Shown: positions 27,690-37,684, counted from the first letter of the stretch. The stretch: 64,000 nt of DNA from Candidatus Latescibacterota bacterium (GCA_965215195.1 CBDCDC010000001.1:1152001-1216000), one strand, 5' to 3'. A program made the numbers and translations. The notes: generated by a model not told the origin, from the sequence alone.

Positions 27690-30031
27690 TGCGCTCGCTT
27701 TACGCGCTCCTCTTGGGAATCGGCGCGGTATGGGCCGATGAGCTCCGCTTCGACAGTGCGGCCGCGTGGCGGACTTGGCAGATGCCCAACGACTTGGTGC
27801 AGATCGATGCCAGCGGTAGGCTGCGGCTGACGAAATTCCGCAAGGAGATCAACGCCGTGGCCAACGCCGGGGACTTTCGCCATCCAACGCAGGAGCGCGG
27901 CGAGGTGAGCGGCGGGATCTGGGAGGCCAAGAGCAATCCGCAGACGGCAGGCTTGATTATCGATGGCGATCGGGCAACCTTCTGGCAACCCGACCCCGAC
28001 GATGCGCTCGATCAGTGGTCGGTGCAAATAGATTTGGGGCGTCCGGTGCTGGCGCGCCAGATTCGCTTGGTCTTTCCCGACCGCGCAGGAGCGCGGCCCC
28101 TGCGGCAATTCAGCGTCTTTGTCGCCTCGGGGGCGCGCATCCAAGCGCTCAACGATGTGTTCAAGTTTGAAGCGATCTATCGCACGTCCAGACCCAATAG
28201 TGCTACCGAACTGGTGATTCCCTTGCAGTATCTAAGGACCGACAGCACCTATGTACTCGACGAGGGGCTGAAGCTCGACTTAGAGCGCGAGAAGCGCTTT
28301 CAAGTGATCCAGTACATCATCATCGAAATCGACGAACACAGCCCGGGCGCGGCGCTGGCCGAGGTCGAGGTCTTGGCAGTGGGGGACAATGTGAGCTTGG
28401 GCACGGCCGGTCGCGGTGGCAGCTTTCTCGAAGGCGGTCGGACTACGGGCGCGGCCCTGATGTTCGACGGCGATATGGACAGCTTCGCCCTGTTGACCAG
28501 TGCCGAGGGAGGTTGGGTGGAGGCCGGGGTGTGGTGGCGAGTGGATCTGGGAGCGGTGTTCTTCCTCGACGAGCTTTTCATCTACTTCAGCCAGCTAGGC
28601 GAAGGGCTGCGCAGCCAAGTCCAAGGAGGCAATCCCTCGGCCGCGGGCGGGTTGTTTCTGGTGTCCGACGGCCGCCCGGCCACTGGATCGGGGTTGCCGG
28701 TGCCCGAGCGAGTTGACTACGAGGTACTGGTCGAAGATCGCTGTCGGCCGCAGTGCCTCGGCCGGCTGTTTCACCAGCGCTATCTGTTCGCTCCGCGCAA
28801 GGTGCGCTATCTGTTGTGGCACGAGATTGACGGGACGCCGCAGGGATTTGGTTGGGGTCTGGAGGCGATGCTTTTTTCCGCGGGTCATCCGGCCGAGGTG
28901 AACATGCGCTCGGGCTTTATCGACTTGGCGGCTCAGGCGGGTGGCGGTCGGCCCCAAGTGATCGAGCGGCTTACGTGGGAAGCGGAGTTGCCGCCGCGCA
29001 CCAAGATCCAGCTGCGTTCGCGCTCGGGCAATGCACTGCGGGAACTGTACACTTTTTTTGACCGCAAAGGCGATGTCGTCACCGAGGAGAAGTGGAACAG
29101 TTTGCCCAAGGTATTAAAAGGTCCCCTTGATACGACCTTGGTCGTCGGCGCAGATTGGGACGCTTGGAGCAATGTGTACCAGGCTTCGGGCGAGGCTTTC
29201 CAATCGGCGAGTCCGCGTCGCTTCGTGCAACTGGAGATGATTCTCGCAACCGACGACCCACACGTGGCCCCGGCCGTGGAGGCGCTGGCGATAGAGTTTG
29301 CCGACGCGCTAGTGCAAGAGGCGCGCGGGCAAATCTGGCCGCGGGAAGCCCAGCTCAACGAGGATACGCGCTTTACCTATACGCTGTGGCCGGGCACCGA
29401 CGGGCAGGACAGCGGCTTTGATCGCCTGCGCTTGCGCATCCCCGGCGCGACCACAGGCGACGTGGCCCTGCGGATCGGCGGAGAGGAGGTGGTGCCCGAG
29501 GCCGTGAGGTTGCACGGCGATACGCTCTTGATCTTGTTGCCGCGCATAGTGGTCGCCGATTCGGTGGAAGTGGATTTTACCGCGCGGCTGTGGGACAACG
29601 CGGCGCTCTTTGCACTCGATCTAGGCGCGGGCGAGCGCCCCGGGATCTGGCAGTCGGTAGTAGCGAGCCAGCGACGGGCCAATATCGTGTTGTTGCCCGA
29701 CCTGCCCGACCAGTCCGCGCTCGTCGGCGATGTGGAGATTGCGCCCGCGGCGTTTACGCCCAACGGCGATGGAGTCAACGACGCGGCCGAGATCGGCTTT
29801 ATCGTTTTTAAGGCGCAGGACATTCAGCCGCGAGTGCAGATTTTTGACGTCGCCGGGCGGTTGGTGGCTCAGCCTGCTGGTGGCGAGGTTGCCGGACGCT
29901 GGCACTTTCGCTGGTCGGGGCGGACTGCGAGCAATGGGTTGGCCTTGCCGGGGATGTATCTTTGCCGGATTGATCTAGGGACGGCGAGCGGTAACGCGGC
30001 GGTCTTGCGGCCGCTCGCCGTGGCCTATTAG
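27689..30031 (+). CDS. Large secreted discoidin-like protein with C-terminal TPNGDG/FlgD-Ig domain
   Basis: Coupled to the previous gene (TGATG); IDGD.ATFW, IDLG; FTPNGDGVND...PGMYL...AVAY. Confidence 0.85.
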   Translation: MRSLYALLLGIGAVWADELRFDSAAAWRTWQMPNDLVQIDASGRLRLTKFRKEINAVANAGDFRHPTQERGEVSGGIWEAKSNPQTAGLIIDGDRATFWQPDPDDALDQWSVQIDLGRPVLARQIRLVFPDRAGARPLRQFSVFVASGARIQALNDVFKFEAIYRTSRPNSATELVIPLQYLRTDSTYVLDEGLKLDLEREKRFQVIQYIIIEIDEHSPGAALAEVEVLAVGDNVSLGTAGRGGSFLEGGRTTGAALMFDGDMDSFALLTSAEGGWVEAGVWWRVDLGAVFFLDELFIYFSQLGEGLRSQVQGGNPSAAGGLFLVSDGRPATGSGLPVPERVDYEVLVEDRCRPQCLGRLFHQRYLFAPRKVRYLLWHEIDGTPQGFGWGLEAMLFSAGHPAEVNMRSGFIDLAAQAGGGRPQVIERLTWEAELPPRTKIQLRSRSGNALRELYTFFDRKGDVVTEEKWNSLPKVLKGPLDTTLVVGADWDAWSNVYQASGEAFQSASPRRFVQLEMILATDDPHVAPAVEALAIEFADALVQEARGQIWPREAQLNEDTRFTYTLWPGTDGQDSGFDRLRLRIPGATTGDVALRIGGEEVVPEAVRLHGDTLLILLPRIVVADSVEVDFTARLWDNAALFALDLGAGERPGIWQSVVASQRRANIVLLPDLPDQSALVGDVEIAPAAFTPNGDGVNDAAEIGFIVFKAQDIQPRVQIFDVAGRLVAQPAGGEVAGRWHFRWSGRTASNGLALPGMYLCRIDLGTASGNAAVLRPLAVAY

Positions 30032-30063
30032 CTCCCAAACCCCAACGAACAAAGGCAGGTATC

Positions 30064-31089
30064 ATGGCGGTTAAGACGTGTTTGATGATCGGCACCAGCG
30101 GCATGGCGGGCGGTTGGATCGGACGGATGACCGAGCGCATAGGAGACCGGATCCAGATCGTCGGGCTGGTGGATGTCAACGAGGAGCTGCTTGCCGCTGG
30201 AGGAGCCAAGCTCGGCTTGGACGCCGATCAGCTCTTTACTGACTACGAAGAGGCTTGCGCCAAAGTGCAGGCCGATTTCTGCGGCATTGCCACCCCGCCG
30301 CAGTTCCACAGCCCGCAGGCCATCGCCGCGCTGGAAGCGGGGATGCCGGTCATTTGCGAGAAGCCAATTGCCGATACGTTGGCAGCGGCCAAGGCCATGG
30401 CGGCCAAGGCCGCGGAGACCGGGCTGCCGTGCGCGATTATCCAGAATTACCGCTACGCGCCCAACAAGCAGGAGCTGGTGCGGATTCGCGCCGAAGGGCG
30501 GCTTGGGCGGCTGCAGCACATCTTCGGCCGCTACGCCTGCGACTATCGCGAATACATGTCGTGGGGCAAGGCGTGGCGGCACGATATGGATTTCAGCTTG
30601 CTCTTTGAGGGCGCGGTGCATCACTTCGATATGATGCGCTTTTTGTCGGGCGGGGATTGCGAGGTGTTGCAAGGGTTTGGGTGGAACCCGGCGTGGTCGA
30701 GTTTTAAGCACTATTCGAGCGGGTTTTATCTGATGAGGATGGACAATGGAGTACACGCGGCATACGAGGGGAACAGTTCGGCGGCTGGGATTACGAGCTG
30801 TTGGCAGCGCGAGTACTATCGCTTGGAATTCGAGGAAGGAACGGTGGAGGTGGGGGCGGGAGACGAAGTGCGAATTTATCGGGTGGGGCAGGAGGTGGAG
30901 GTGTATCCAGCGCCGACCATGGAGTGGGCTGGGCACGACTATTTGTTCAAGGAGTTTGTGGACTGGCTGGAGGGGGGCAAGGCCTCGGCGACGAGGATTG
31001 AAGATAATTTGCAGAGTTTTGCGCTGGTGATTGCGGCGATGGAGACGACCGAGGATGGGCAGCCCAAGCGCATTGCGGATTATTTGTAG
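30064..31089 (+). CDS. Gfo/Idh/MocA oxidoreductase
   Basis: IATPP..H, ICEKP, QNYRY, HHFD. Confidence 0.9.
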   Translation: MAVKTCLMIGTSGMAGGWIGRMTERIGDRIQIVGLVDVNEELLAAGGAKLGLDADQLFTDYEEACAKVQADFCGIATPPQFHSPQAIAALEAGMPVICEKPIADTLAAAKAMAAKAAETGLPCAIIQNYRYAPNKQELVRIRAEGRLGRLQHIFGRYACDYREYMSWGKAWRHDMDFSLLFEGAVHHFDMMRFLSGGDCEVLQGFGWNPAWSSFKHYSSGFYLMRMDNGVHAAYEGNSSAAGITSCWQREYYRLEFEEGTVEVGAGDEVRIYRVGQEVEVYPAPTMEWAGHDYLFKEFVDWLEGGKASATRIEDNLQSFALVIAAMETTEDGQPKRIADYL

Positions 31090-31221
31090 GGCACGATGGC
31101 CTCGAGGACGGAGACGCACCCGCACATCAATGTCGACACGGGTTTCTCCGCCGCCTTGGAGGACGCCGTGCGTCGGCAACTCCGGTTTGACGAGGAGCAT
31201 CTTGCGCTGGTGGACGGGTGG

Positions 31222-31342
31222 CCCGGCCTGCAACTGGTACATTTCAAGCTCGGACTAGGGGTGGATGCCGGCGCGTTCCATGTCGCGGCGGACGCGCTCG
31301 ACAAACAGCACCTGTAGGGTGAAGCGTTCGACGTGGGTGATG
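31222..31342 (-). pseudogene. Possible stub of a mandelate racemase/enolase-superfamily N-terminus
   Basis: ITHVERFTLQVLFVERVRRDMERAGIHP*SELEMYQLQAG with an internal stop. Confidence 0.35.
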
Positions 31343-31374
31343 TGGGCCGTGATGGGCCGGCTTTCCTTGGCGTT

Positions 31375-31641
31375 TTATCCGGGTAGCTTGCTGAGGATGC
31401 TAAACAGTAGGCTGCCGATAGCGATTAGGCTGGCTACCTGAATGCCGACAAGCCAGCGCGTCAGTGTGTCAATGCGGCGATTTAGGGCGGCGATCTCTTG
31501 CCTCACTTCGGCCAAGGCGCGTTCAACGGACTCAATCCGCTTTTCAATGGAGTCCAAGCGGCGGTCAAGCTGCTCGGCAATCCCTTCTAACCGTCCAATG
31601 CGACGGTCGTGGTCTTGCGCTTGCGTAATCGGTTCGGTCAT
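31375..31641 (-). CDS. Small coiled-coil protein with C-terminal TM anchor, copy C
   Basis: Shares QAQDHDRRIGRLEGIAEQL and GSLLFSILSKLP with copies A and B; one extra heptad. Confidence 0.8.
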   Translation of the reverse strand: MTEPITQAQDHDRRIGRLEGIAEQLDRRLDSIEKRIESVERALAEVRQEIAALNRRIDTLTRWLVGIQVASLIAIGSLLFSILSKLPG

Positions 31642-31699
31642 GGGTTTAGGCCCCAGCCGCTGCGTAGGCGGCCGGGGGTTTCCTTAGAGAGCATCCCGC

Positions 31700-31727
31700 A
31701 TCGGCGTTTATCTGCGTTCATCTGCGG
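31700..31727. repeat. 10-nt periodic repeat atcggcgttt-atctgcgttc-atctgcgg
   Basis: Seen directly; resembles interspersed repeats recalled near GxxExxY genes. Confidence 0.5.
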
Positions 31728-32151
31728 GTGCTTTGCCGCTTTTTAGCGCGGATCGCGCTCGAGGTTGAGCGGCACTGCGTAGCGAGGGTCGGCGGCCGGC
31801 CGGCCGGCCGGGCAGCGGATCCTCCAGAAAGGTGATGCTCTCGTAGTAATCGTCCAGTGCGATAAACCGGCCCATTCACACATTCGGCGGTTGCAACTGT
31901 GCCGCCACGACCGCCAGCTTCTGCGGTGATACCTTGGCCATTGCGGTCCTCTGTGCCGAATTGTGAGGGATGGGAACGGGCTTTTTCGCGTCCTCAGACT
32001 GTAATCTAGTCCGCGCCAATGCCCAACGCAACGAGCTTGACGCGCCAAGTGCTCCTCTCTTAATTCCCGGCCTCACCTTGGATGGGCGCAGGGGTACGAG
32101 TGTGGGGTGCCGGACGAGTTGCGTTGAAATTTTATCGAAGGGAATAAATAG

Positions 32152-32982
32152 ATGCCTACTTCCACTATTTTGTTGGGCGATTGCCGCGAAGAGCTCGGCT
32201 GTGTCGCGTCCGCATCCGTTGACTTGATCGTCACTTCGCCGCCGTATGCCAATCAGCGTTCCAGTACCTATGGCGGGGTGAAACCGGACGATTACGTGGA
32301 GTGGTTTTTGCCGATTGCCGACGAATTGCAGCGCGTCCTCAAGCCGAGCGGCACCTTCGTCTTGAACATCAAGGAATGTGCGGTCAAAGGGGAGCGACAT
32401 ACGTATGTTTTGGAATTGATACTTGCGCTACGGCAGCGGGGGTGGTTGTGGACCGAGGAATTTGTGTGGCACAAGAAAAACTGCTACCCCGGCAAGTGGC
32501 CGAATCGGTTCCGAGATTCTTGGGAGCGGCTGTTGCAGTTCAACAAGCAGCGCAAATTCAAGATGAACCAAGAAGCCGTGATGGTTCCTGTGGGCGACTG
32601 GTATGAGCATCGGATGCACAACCTGAGCGCGACCGATCGCCAGCGCGACGAGTCCAAAGTCGGCAGTGGCTTTGGCAAGAAGGTAGAAAACTGGCTGGGA
32701 CGCGATAAGGTATATCCTACCAATGTGCTGCACCGCGCTACGGAATGCGCCAACCGCAGCCATAGTGCGGCTTTTCCGCGCTGGTTGCCGGAGTGGTTTA
32801 TAGACTTGTTCACCGACCCCGGCGATGTGGTGTTGGATCCGTTTATTGGCTCGGGGACGACGGCCTTTGCTGCGCTTGCTAAAGGGCGGCACGTCATCGG
32901 CATTGAGATGCACGAGCCGTATTACGAGGAGCTCAGACAGAAACTCGACCAAGAATTCCCTAACTTGAGGTTGGCGATATGA
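32152..32982 (+). CDS. Beta-class N4-cytosine/N6-adenine DNA methyltransferase
   Basis: TSPPY (motif IV) precedes DPFIGSGTT (motif I); HSAAFP. Confidence 0.93.
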   Translation: MPTSTILLGDCREELGCVASASVDLIVTSPPYANQRSSTYGGVKPDDYVEWFLPIADELQRVLKPSGTFVLNIKECAVKGERHTYVLELILALRQRGWLWTEEFVWHKKNCYPGKWPNRFRDSWERLLQFNKQRKFKMNQEAVMVPVGDWYEHRMHNLSATDRQRDESKVGSGFGKKVENWLGRDKVYPTNVLHRATECANRSHSAAFPRWLPEWFIDLFTDPGDVVLDPFIGSGTTAFAALAKGRHVIGIEMHEPYYEELRQKLDQEFPNLRLAI

Positions 32983-33101
32983 ATATCAATTGGCAGTGCG
33001 AATGTAAAGCATTTCTATCCGAGCGAGGCAGGCTTCTTTTTTACGTAACGTTTCATGGAGGCCGCGGTTATCTTGACCCCGACATTTTTGATCATGTCTG
33101 A
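32979..33101 (+). pseudogene. Internally deleted restriction endonuclease with AccI-family-like C-terminus
   Basis: 40-codon ORF MNINWQCECKAFLSERGRLLFYVTFHGGRGYLDPDIFDHV overlapping both flanking MTase genes; RGRLLFYVTF.GG..YLD recalled from the R.AccI C-terminus. Confidence 0.6.
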
Positions 33102-34590
33102 TTATCTTCAAATGGTTGGAGAGAAGCACCAGAAGCGGTTTGGACAATTTTTTACTCCAGATGCAGTAGCCGCTTTTATGGTGGATTGGGTGCTAGAGTC
33201 GGGGGTGAATGAGGTATTTGATCCAGCGTTTGGTTTAGGGGCGTTTCGCACAGCGATTAACCGCGCTGACGTTCAGTTCACCGGGTGTGAAGTGGATGCT
33301 ACCATCATCGAGTTCTGGGAGCGACATACTGGGGAACGCGCGGATTTTGTGACGGTGGCGGACTACTTGCGGTCTTGGGACGGCCAACGCGCCAATATCG
33401 TTTGCAATCCACCGTACATGCGCTTTCAGAAGTTTCTTAATAGAGATGTGGTCATGCGAGAGTTTGAGAAAAATCTCGGCATAAAGCTCTCTGGATACAT
33501 GAATATCGCCTCGGCCTTTCTACTCAAATCACTTTCCGAACTTTCTGCACACGGCCGCTTGGCGTATATCATGCCGCTCGAGTTCTTGAATGCAGGATAC
33601 GGCGCGTTAGTAAAGCAAAAACTCGTTGAGTCTGGCCACTTGTGTAGCATTATCAGCTTCGATTGCGAGAAAGACATTTTCCCGAATGCCACCACGTCTG
33701 TGGGCATCATTTTATGCGATAAAGCAGTTTACCACATTGCCGTCCAGTTTTTCCGCCTGCGATCCATGGACTAACTCGCCGCATTCGAGAGCCTGCAACC
33801 CGTTGCTGAAGTTCCTCGCTCGGCATTGGAGCCGCAGGCCAAATGGCTGCCTCATTTGCAAGGAACATCGTTCAGCGTTGATCGCCAAAAGACGACCGTG
33901 CTCGCACATTTTGGAAAGTTTAGCCGCGGCATTGCCACAGGCGCGAATGCGTTCTTCGTCCTAAACCCTACGAGTGTAGCAGCAAGACGCCTCGGCGCGA
34001 CCGAGTGCGTCCCCTGCATCGCCAAGAGTGCGCAGATTAAAAAGGCCGTTTTTAGGGATGCGGATTTTGCGAATAACCCCGTCTTGCTATTTTCGGTCTC
34101 TGGCAATCCCTCCAAGGCCGCTGAGGATTACATCCGGTTTGGGGAGAGCGAGGGCTATCACGAGCGATTTTTGACGAAAAACAGAACGCCGTGGTATAAA
34201 ACAGAGACGCGAAGCCCGTCGCCCCTTTTATTTGGCGTGTTCTCGCGCAATGGCTACAAAGTCGTATTAAACAAGACCAAGGCCTTGAATCTGACTTGCT
34301 ACCATGGATTTCAGCCCAACCTGTTAGGCATCGCATACATAGAGCACTTGTTTCTCTACTTGTCGTCGAAAGCGGGAAGGCAGATCACTGCTCGCTCTAT
34401 GCGCCAATACGGCCGGGCGCTGGACAAGTTTGAACCCAATGATTTGAATGATGCGCTAGTGCCCACGGCGGCTTTCTTCGATACCATACCCAAGGAGAAA
34501 GTCGCCGCAGCTGTCCGGTCATTGGAGGAGAACGGAGCGTTGCCGGAATGGATGGAAGCGTTCTTCGCTCCGTTGAAGGGTGAAGGATAG
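33094..34590 (+). pseudogene. Gamma-class (TaqI/AccI/Eco57I-like) adenine methyltransferase split by an in-frame TAA at 33772-33774
   Basis: GQFFTP, DPAFGLGAF, CNPPY; same frame resumes LAAFESLQP...RGIATGANAFF...KFEPNDL. Confidence 0.85.
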
Positions 34591-34618
34591 ATCACTATCA
34601 CTAAAAAAAGGAAAGCTC

Positions 34619-35500
34619 ATGCTACCCATCGTCGATACGCATCAACATATATGGGATTTGGCCCAGTTCGCGCTGCCGTGGCTGGAGGGCGAGGGAATGG
34701 AGCCGCTGCGGAAAAACCACTTGCTGAGCGATTACTCGGCAGCGGGTGCCGGTGCTGGTATTGCCCGCACCATTTATATGGAAGTCGATGTCGCCGCCAC
34801 GCAGCGCATTGCAGAGGCGGAGTTTGTGGCCGGCCTGTGCGGCGCCGACGACAATCCAATGGCCGGGGCGGTGATCGGGGGCAGCCCGGGGGAGGAGGGT
34901 TTCCGCGCCTATATCGACCGCTTTAAGGACAATGACTTTATCAAAGGTGTGCGGCAGGTGTTGCACGTGCCCCAAGCCGAACCGGGCCGTTGCTTGCAGG
35001 AGCGTTTCGTCCGCGATGTGCAGTACTTGGGCGAAATCGGCTTGAGCTTCGATCTGTGCCTGCGGCCGAGTGAGTTGGGGGATGCAGTGGGCGTGGTGGA
35101 TCAGTGCCCAGATACGCGCTTTATAGTCGATCACTGCGGCAACGCCGACCCGCAGATCGTCAACGGCGCAGCCAATCCCTTCAGCCACACCAAAGAGCAG
35201 TGGCAGCGCGACATGGCCGCGCTGGGTGAACGGGAACACGTAGTCTGCAAAATATCCGGGATCATCGCCCGAGTGCCCGCAGGGTGGAGTGCCGATATCT
35301 TGGTGCCGACGGTCGATCACTGCTTGGACAGCTTTGGGCCGGACCGGGTGGTGTTCGGCGGCGATTGGCCAGTGTGCAACTTTGGGGCGAGTTTGGGCGC
35401 GTGGGTGGCTGCGCTGCGGGAGATCGTCTCCGGGCGACCGGAGGAAGAGCAGGCCAAATTGCTCGCCGGCAATGCCGAGCGACTCTACGGACTGGAGTGA
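34619..35500 (+). CDS. Amidohydrolase_2 family (L-fuconolactonase-like)
   Basis: DTHQHIW, GVR, LSFDL, DHCG, CKISG, FGGDWPV. Confidence 0.88.
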   Translation: MLPIVDTHQHIWDLAQFALPWLEGEGMEPLRKNHLLSDYSAAGAGAGIARTIYMEVDVAATQRIAEAEFVAGLCGADDNPMAGAVIGGSPGEEGFRAYIDRFKDNDFIKGVRQVLHVPQAEPGRCLQERFVRDVQYLGEIGLSFDLCLRPSELGDAVGVVDQCPDTRFIVDHCGNADPQIVNGAANPFSHTKEQWQRDMAALGEREHVVCKISGIIARVPAGWSADILVPTVDHCLDSFGPDRVVFGGDWPVCNFGASLGAWVAALREIVSGRPEEEQAKLLAGNAERLYGLE

Positions 35501-35502
35501 GT

Positions 35503-36516
35503 ATGGACCCTTTTGCAAAAGTAGCGATTGGTGCTACGGGCGTGGAGGTGACGCGGCTGGGGCTGGGCGGTGCGCCGTTGGGCGGGATGGTCCTAGCCGA
35601 TGGGATTTTTGTGGGTAGCGGGTACGACGAAGCATTGGCCATTATCCGCCGCGCCTACGAGATGGGCGTGCGCTATTTCGATACCGCGCCGATGTACGGC
35701 GACGGGCGCAGCGAGGTGCGCTACGGGCGGGTGCTCGGCGAGTTCCCACGTGCGTCGTTTGCCATCTCGACCAAGGGATCGCGGGTATTGCGGCCTAAAA
35801 ACCCGGACGACTTGGCACCTTACAGCGAGGACGGGATCCCGCACTATACCTACGATTTCGACTTCAGTGCTGCGGGCCTGCGGGCCTCGCTCGATTCGAG
35901 CTTGGAACGGCTGGGCTTGGCGGCGGTGGATATTTTCTTTGTCCACGACAGCGACTTCAAGGAGCAGCACACGGACGAGGACTTCATTGAGGCGCTGGAA
36001 GCTGCGGTCGAATTGCGGGCGACCGGCACGGTCAAGGCCATCGGCATGGGCATGAACGAATGGGAGCGCACCGGGCGGATGGTCGAGCGCTTTGACTTGG
36101 ATTACATCCTGCTGGCCGGGCGCTACACCCTGCTGGACCAGTCGGCGCTGCCCGAGTTTTTGCCGCTGTGCGTAGAGCGCGGGGTGAAGCTGACCATGGG
36201 CGGGCCGTACAACAGCGGCATCCTCGCCCGCGATTTGAGCCAGCCGGTGTCTTTCGACTACCAGCCCGCGCCCGCGCATCTGGTGCAGCGAGCCAAGGCG
36301 CTCAAGGCGGTCTGCGACCGGCACGGGGTTGAGCTGCGGGCAGCGGCCTTGCAATTTCCCTTTGGGCACGAGGCCGTGATTTCGGCGGTGCCCGGGGCGG
36401 CGTCCGTGGCCGAGCTGGAGGACAACGCGCGCGTGATGCAGGCGGAGATTCCGTCGGCCCTGTGGGCGGAGCTAAAGGCCGAAGGGTTGTTGCCAGAGGC
36501 CGCGCCGACGCCCTAG
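35503..36516 (+). CDS. Aldo/keto reductase (D-threo-aldose 1-dehydrogenase-like)
   Basis: LGLGGAPLG, YFDTAPMYG, LAGRYTLL, GGPYNSGILA. Confidence 0.9.
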   Translation: MDPFAKVAIGATGVEVTRLGLGGAPLGGMVLADGIFVGSGYDEALAIIRRAYEMGVRYFDTAPMYGDGRSEVRYGRVLGEFPRASFAISTKGSRVLRPKNPDDLAPYSEDGIPHYTYDFDFSAAGLRASLDSSLERLGLAAVDIFFVHDSDFKEQHTDEDFIEALEAAVELRATGTVKAIGMGMNEWERTGRMVERFDLDYILLAGRYTLLDQSALPEFLPLCVERGVKLTMGGPYNSGILARDLSQPVSFDYQPAPAHLVQRAKALKAVCDRHGVELRAAALQFPFGHEAVISAVPGAASVAELEDNARVMQAEIPSALWAELKAEGLLPEAAPTP

Positions 36517-36548
36517 CTGACTGCATAGTACCTTATTTGCGAACAAGT

Positions 36549-36605
36549 TTCATCTGGTTTTGGATTGGTAAGCACGACGAATACGACCGGCTGATTCGGC
36601 TTTAA
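36549..36605 (+). pseudogene. C-terminal stub of a RelE/ParE/HigB-like toxin
   Basis: FIWFWIGKHDEYDRLIRL* in a low-GC spacer; no start codon. Confidence 0.55.
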
Positions 36606-36648
36606 CCAGAATTTAAGTCATTCGGAATTGCGCTAGGAGAAATTCATT

Positions 36649-37587
36649 ATGGCCAAACGACTGGTTTATTTCAACGACGAGTTCGTCCCCGAGCCGGAGG
36701 CGCGGATCTCGATTTTCGACTGCGCCCTGATGTATGGGGACATGGTTTTTGAGATGACGCGGAGCTTTGGGCACAAGCCCTTCCGGCTGCGCGAGCACTT
36801 GGAGCGGCTCTACGGCTCGCTCAAATACGCGCAGATCGACTGCGGGCTAGACATTGACGCGATGGAGGAGGCGACCCACGAGACCATTGCCCGCAACCTG
36901 CCCGCGGTCGGCGCGCTGGACTTTCAAATCATGCACGACGTGACCCGCGGTGCGCTGCCCCTGTACGACGCTATCGTCAAAGAGGGCACGGCCCCCATTG
37001 TCGCGATCAACGTCTTCCCGCTGGTGCGGCACATCGGGGGGATGGCGCGGCTCTACGAGACTGGCGCACACTTCGTCGTCCCGGCCCAGCAGTCGGTGCC
37101 CTCGCGCTACATCGACCCCAAGGCCAAAAACCGCAGTCGCATCTTCTACAAGATCGCCGAGTTGCAGGCCGCGCAGATGGAAGCCGGGGCCCAAGCGCTG
37201 CTGACCGACGAGCACGGCTTTATCACCGAGGGGACGGGCAACAACTTCTTCATGGTCCGCGACGGCCAAATAATGACGCCCAAAGGGCATAATATCCTGC
37301 GCGGCGTATCGCGCGGCGCGTGTATGGAGCTGGCCGGTAAACTCGGCCTTCCTCTGTGCGAAGCCGACATCGAGCCGTACGACGTGCGTCTGGCTGACGA
37401 GGCGTGGTTTACCAGCACCACGATCTGCATGGTGCCAATCACGCGCTTTAACTTTCAGGCGGTGGGCGATGGCGAGGTGGGGCCGGTGTATGGCCAGTTG
37501 CTGGCGGCGTGGTCTGAGGAAGTTGGCGTGGACATCGCCGCTCAGGCGCGCCAGTACGCCGAGATGATGGAGGGGTGGACCCCCTAG
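36649..37587 (+). CDS. Aminotransferase class IV
   Basis: YGDMVFE, FRL.EHL.RL, AKNRSR, TEGTGNNFF, ILRGVSR. Confidence 0.92.
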   Translation: MAKRLVYFNDEFVPEPEARISIFDCALMYGDMVFEMTRSFGHKPFRLREHLERLYGSLKYAQIDCGLDIDAMEEATHETIARNLPAVGALDFQIMHDVTRGALPLYDAIVKEGTAPIVAINVFPLVRHIGGMARLYETGAHFVVPAQQSVPSRYIDPKAKNRSRIFYKIAELQAAQMEAGAQALLTDEHGFITEGTGNNFFMVRDGQIMTPKGHNILRGVSRGACMELAGKLGLPLCEADIEPYDVRLADEAWFTSTTICMVPITRFNFQAVGDGEVGPVYGQLLAAWSEEVGVDIAAQARQYAEMMEGWTP

Positions 37588-37598
37588 GCGGGGGTGGC

Positions 37599-37626
37599 TT
37601 GCGCGTACACGTGCGCTGTGTATAGT
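37599..37626 (+). promoter_or_regulatory. Candidate sigma70 promoter for the type III R-M operon
   Basis: TTGCGC-N16-TATAGT. Confidence 0.4.
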
Positions 37627-37684
37627 GAAAGGGAGACGGGAGGCCGCCAGACAGGCTGGCGCGATTACAGAACGGAGGGGCCTT

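Noticed and set aside
30028-31317. 404-aa minus-strand ORF and 73-aa plus-strand ORF
   Set aside because: The first is the shadow of the Gfo/Idh/MocA gene; the second has no recognisable features and overlaps a probable stub
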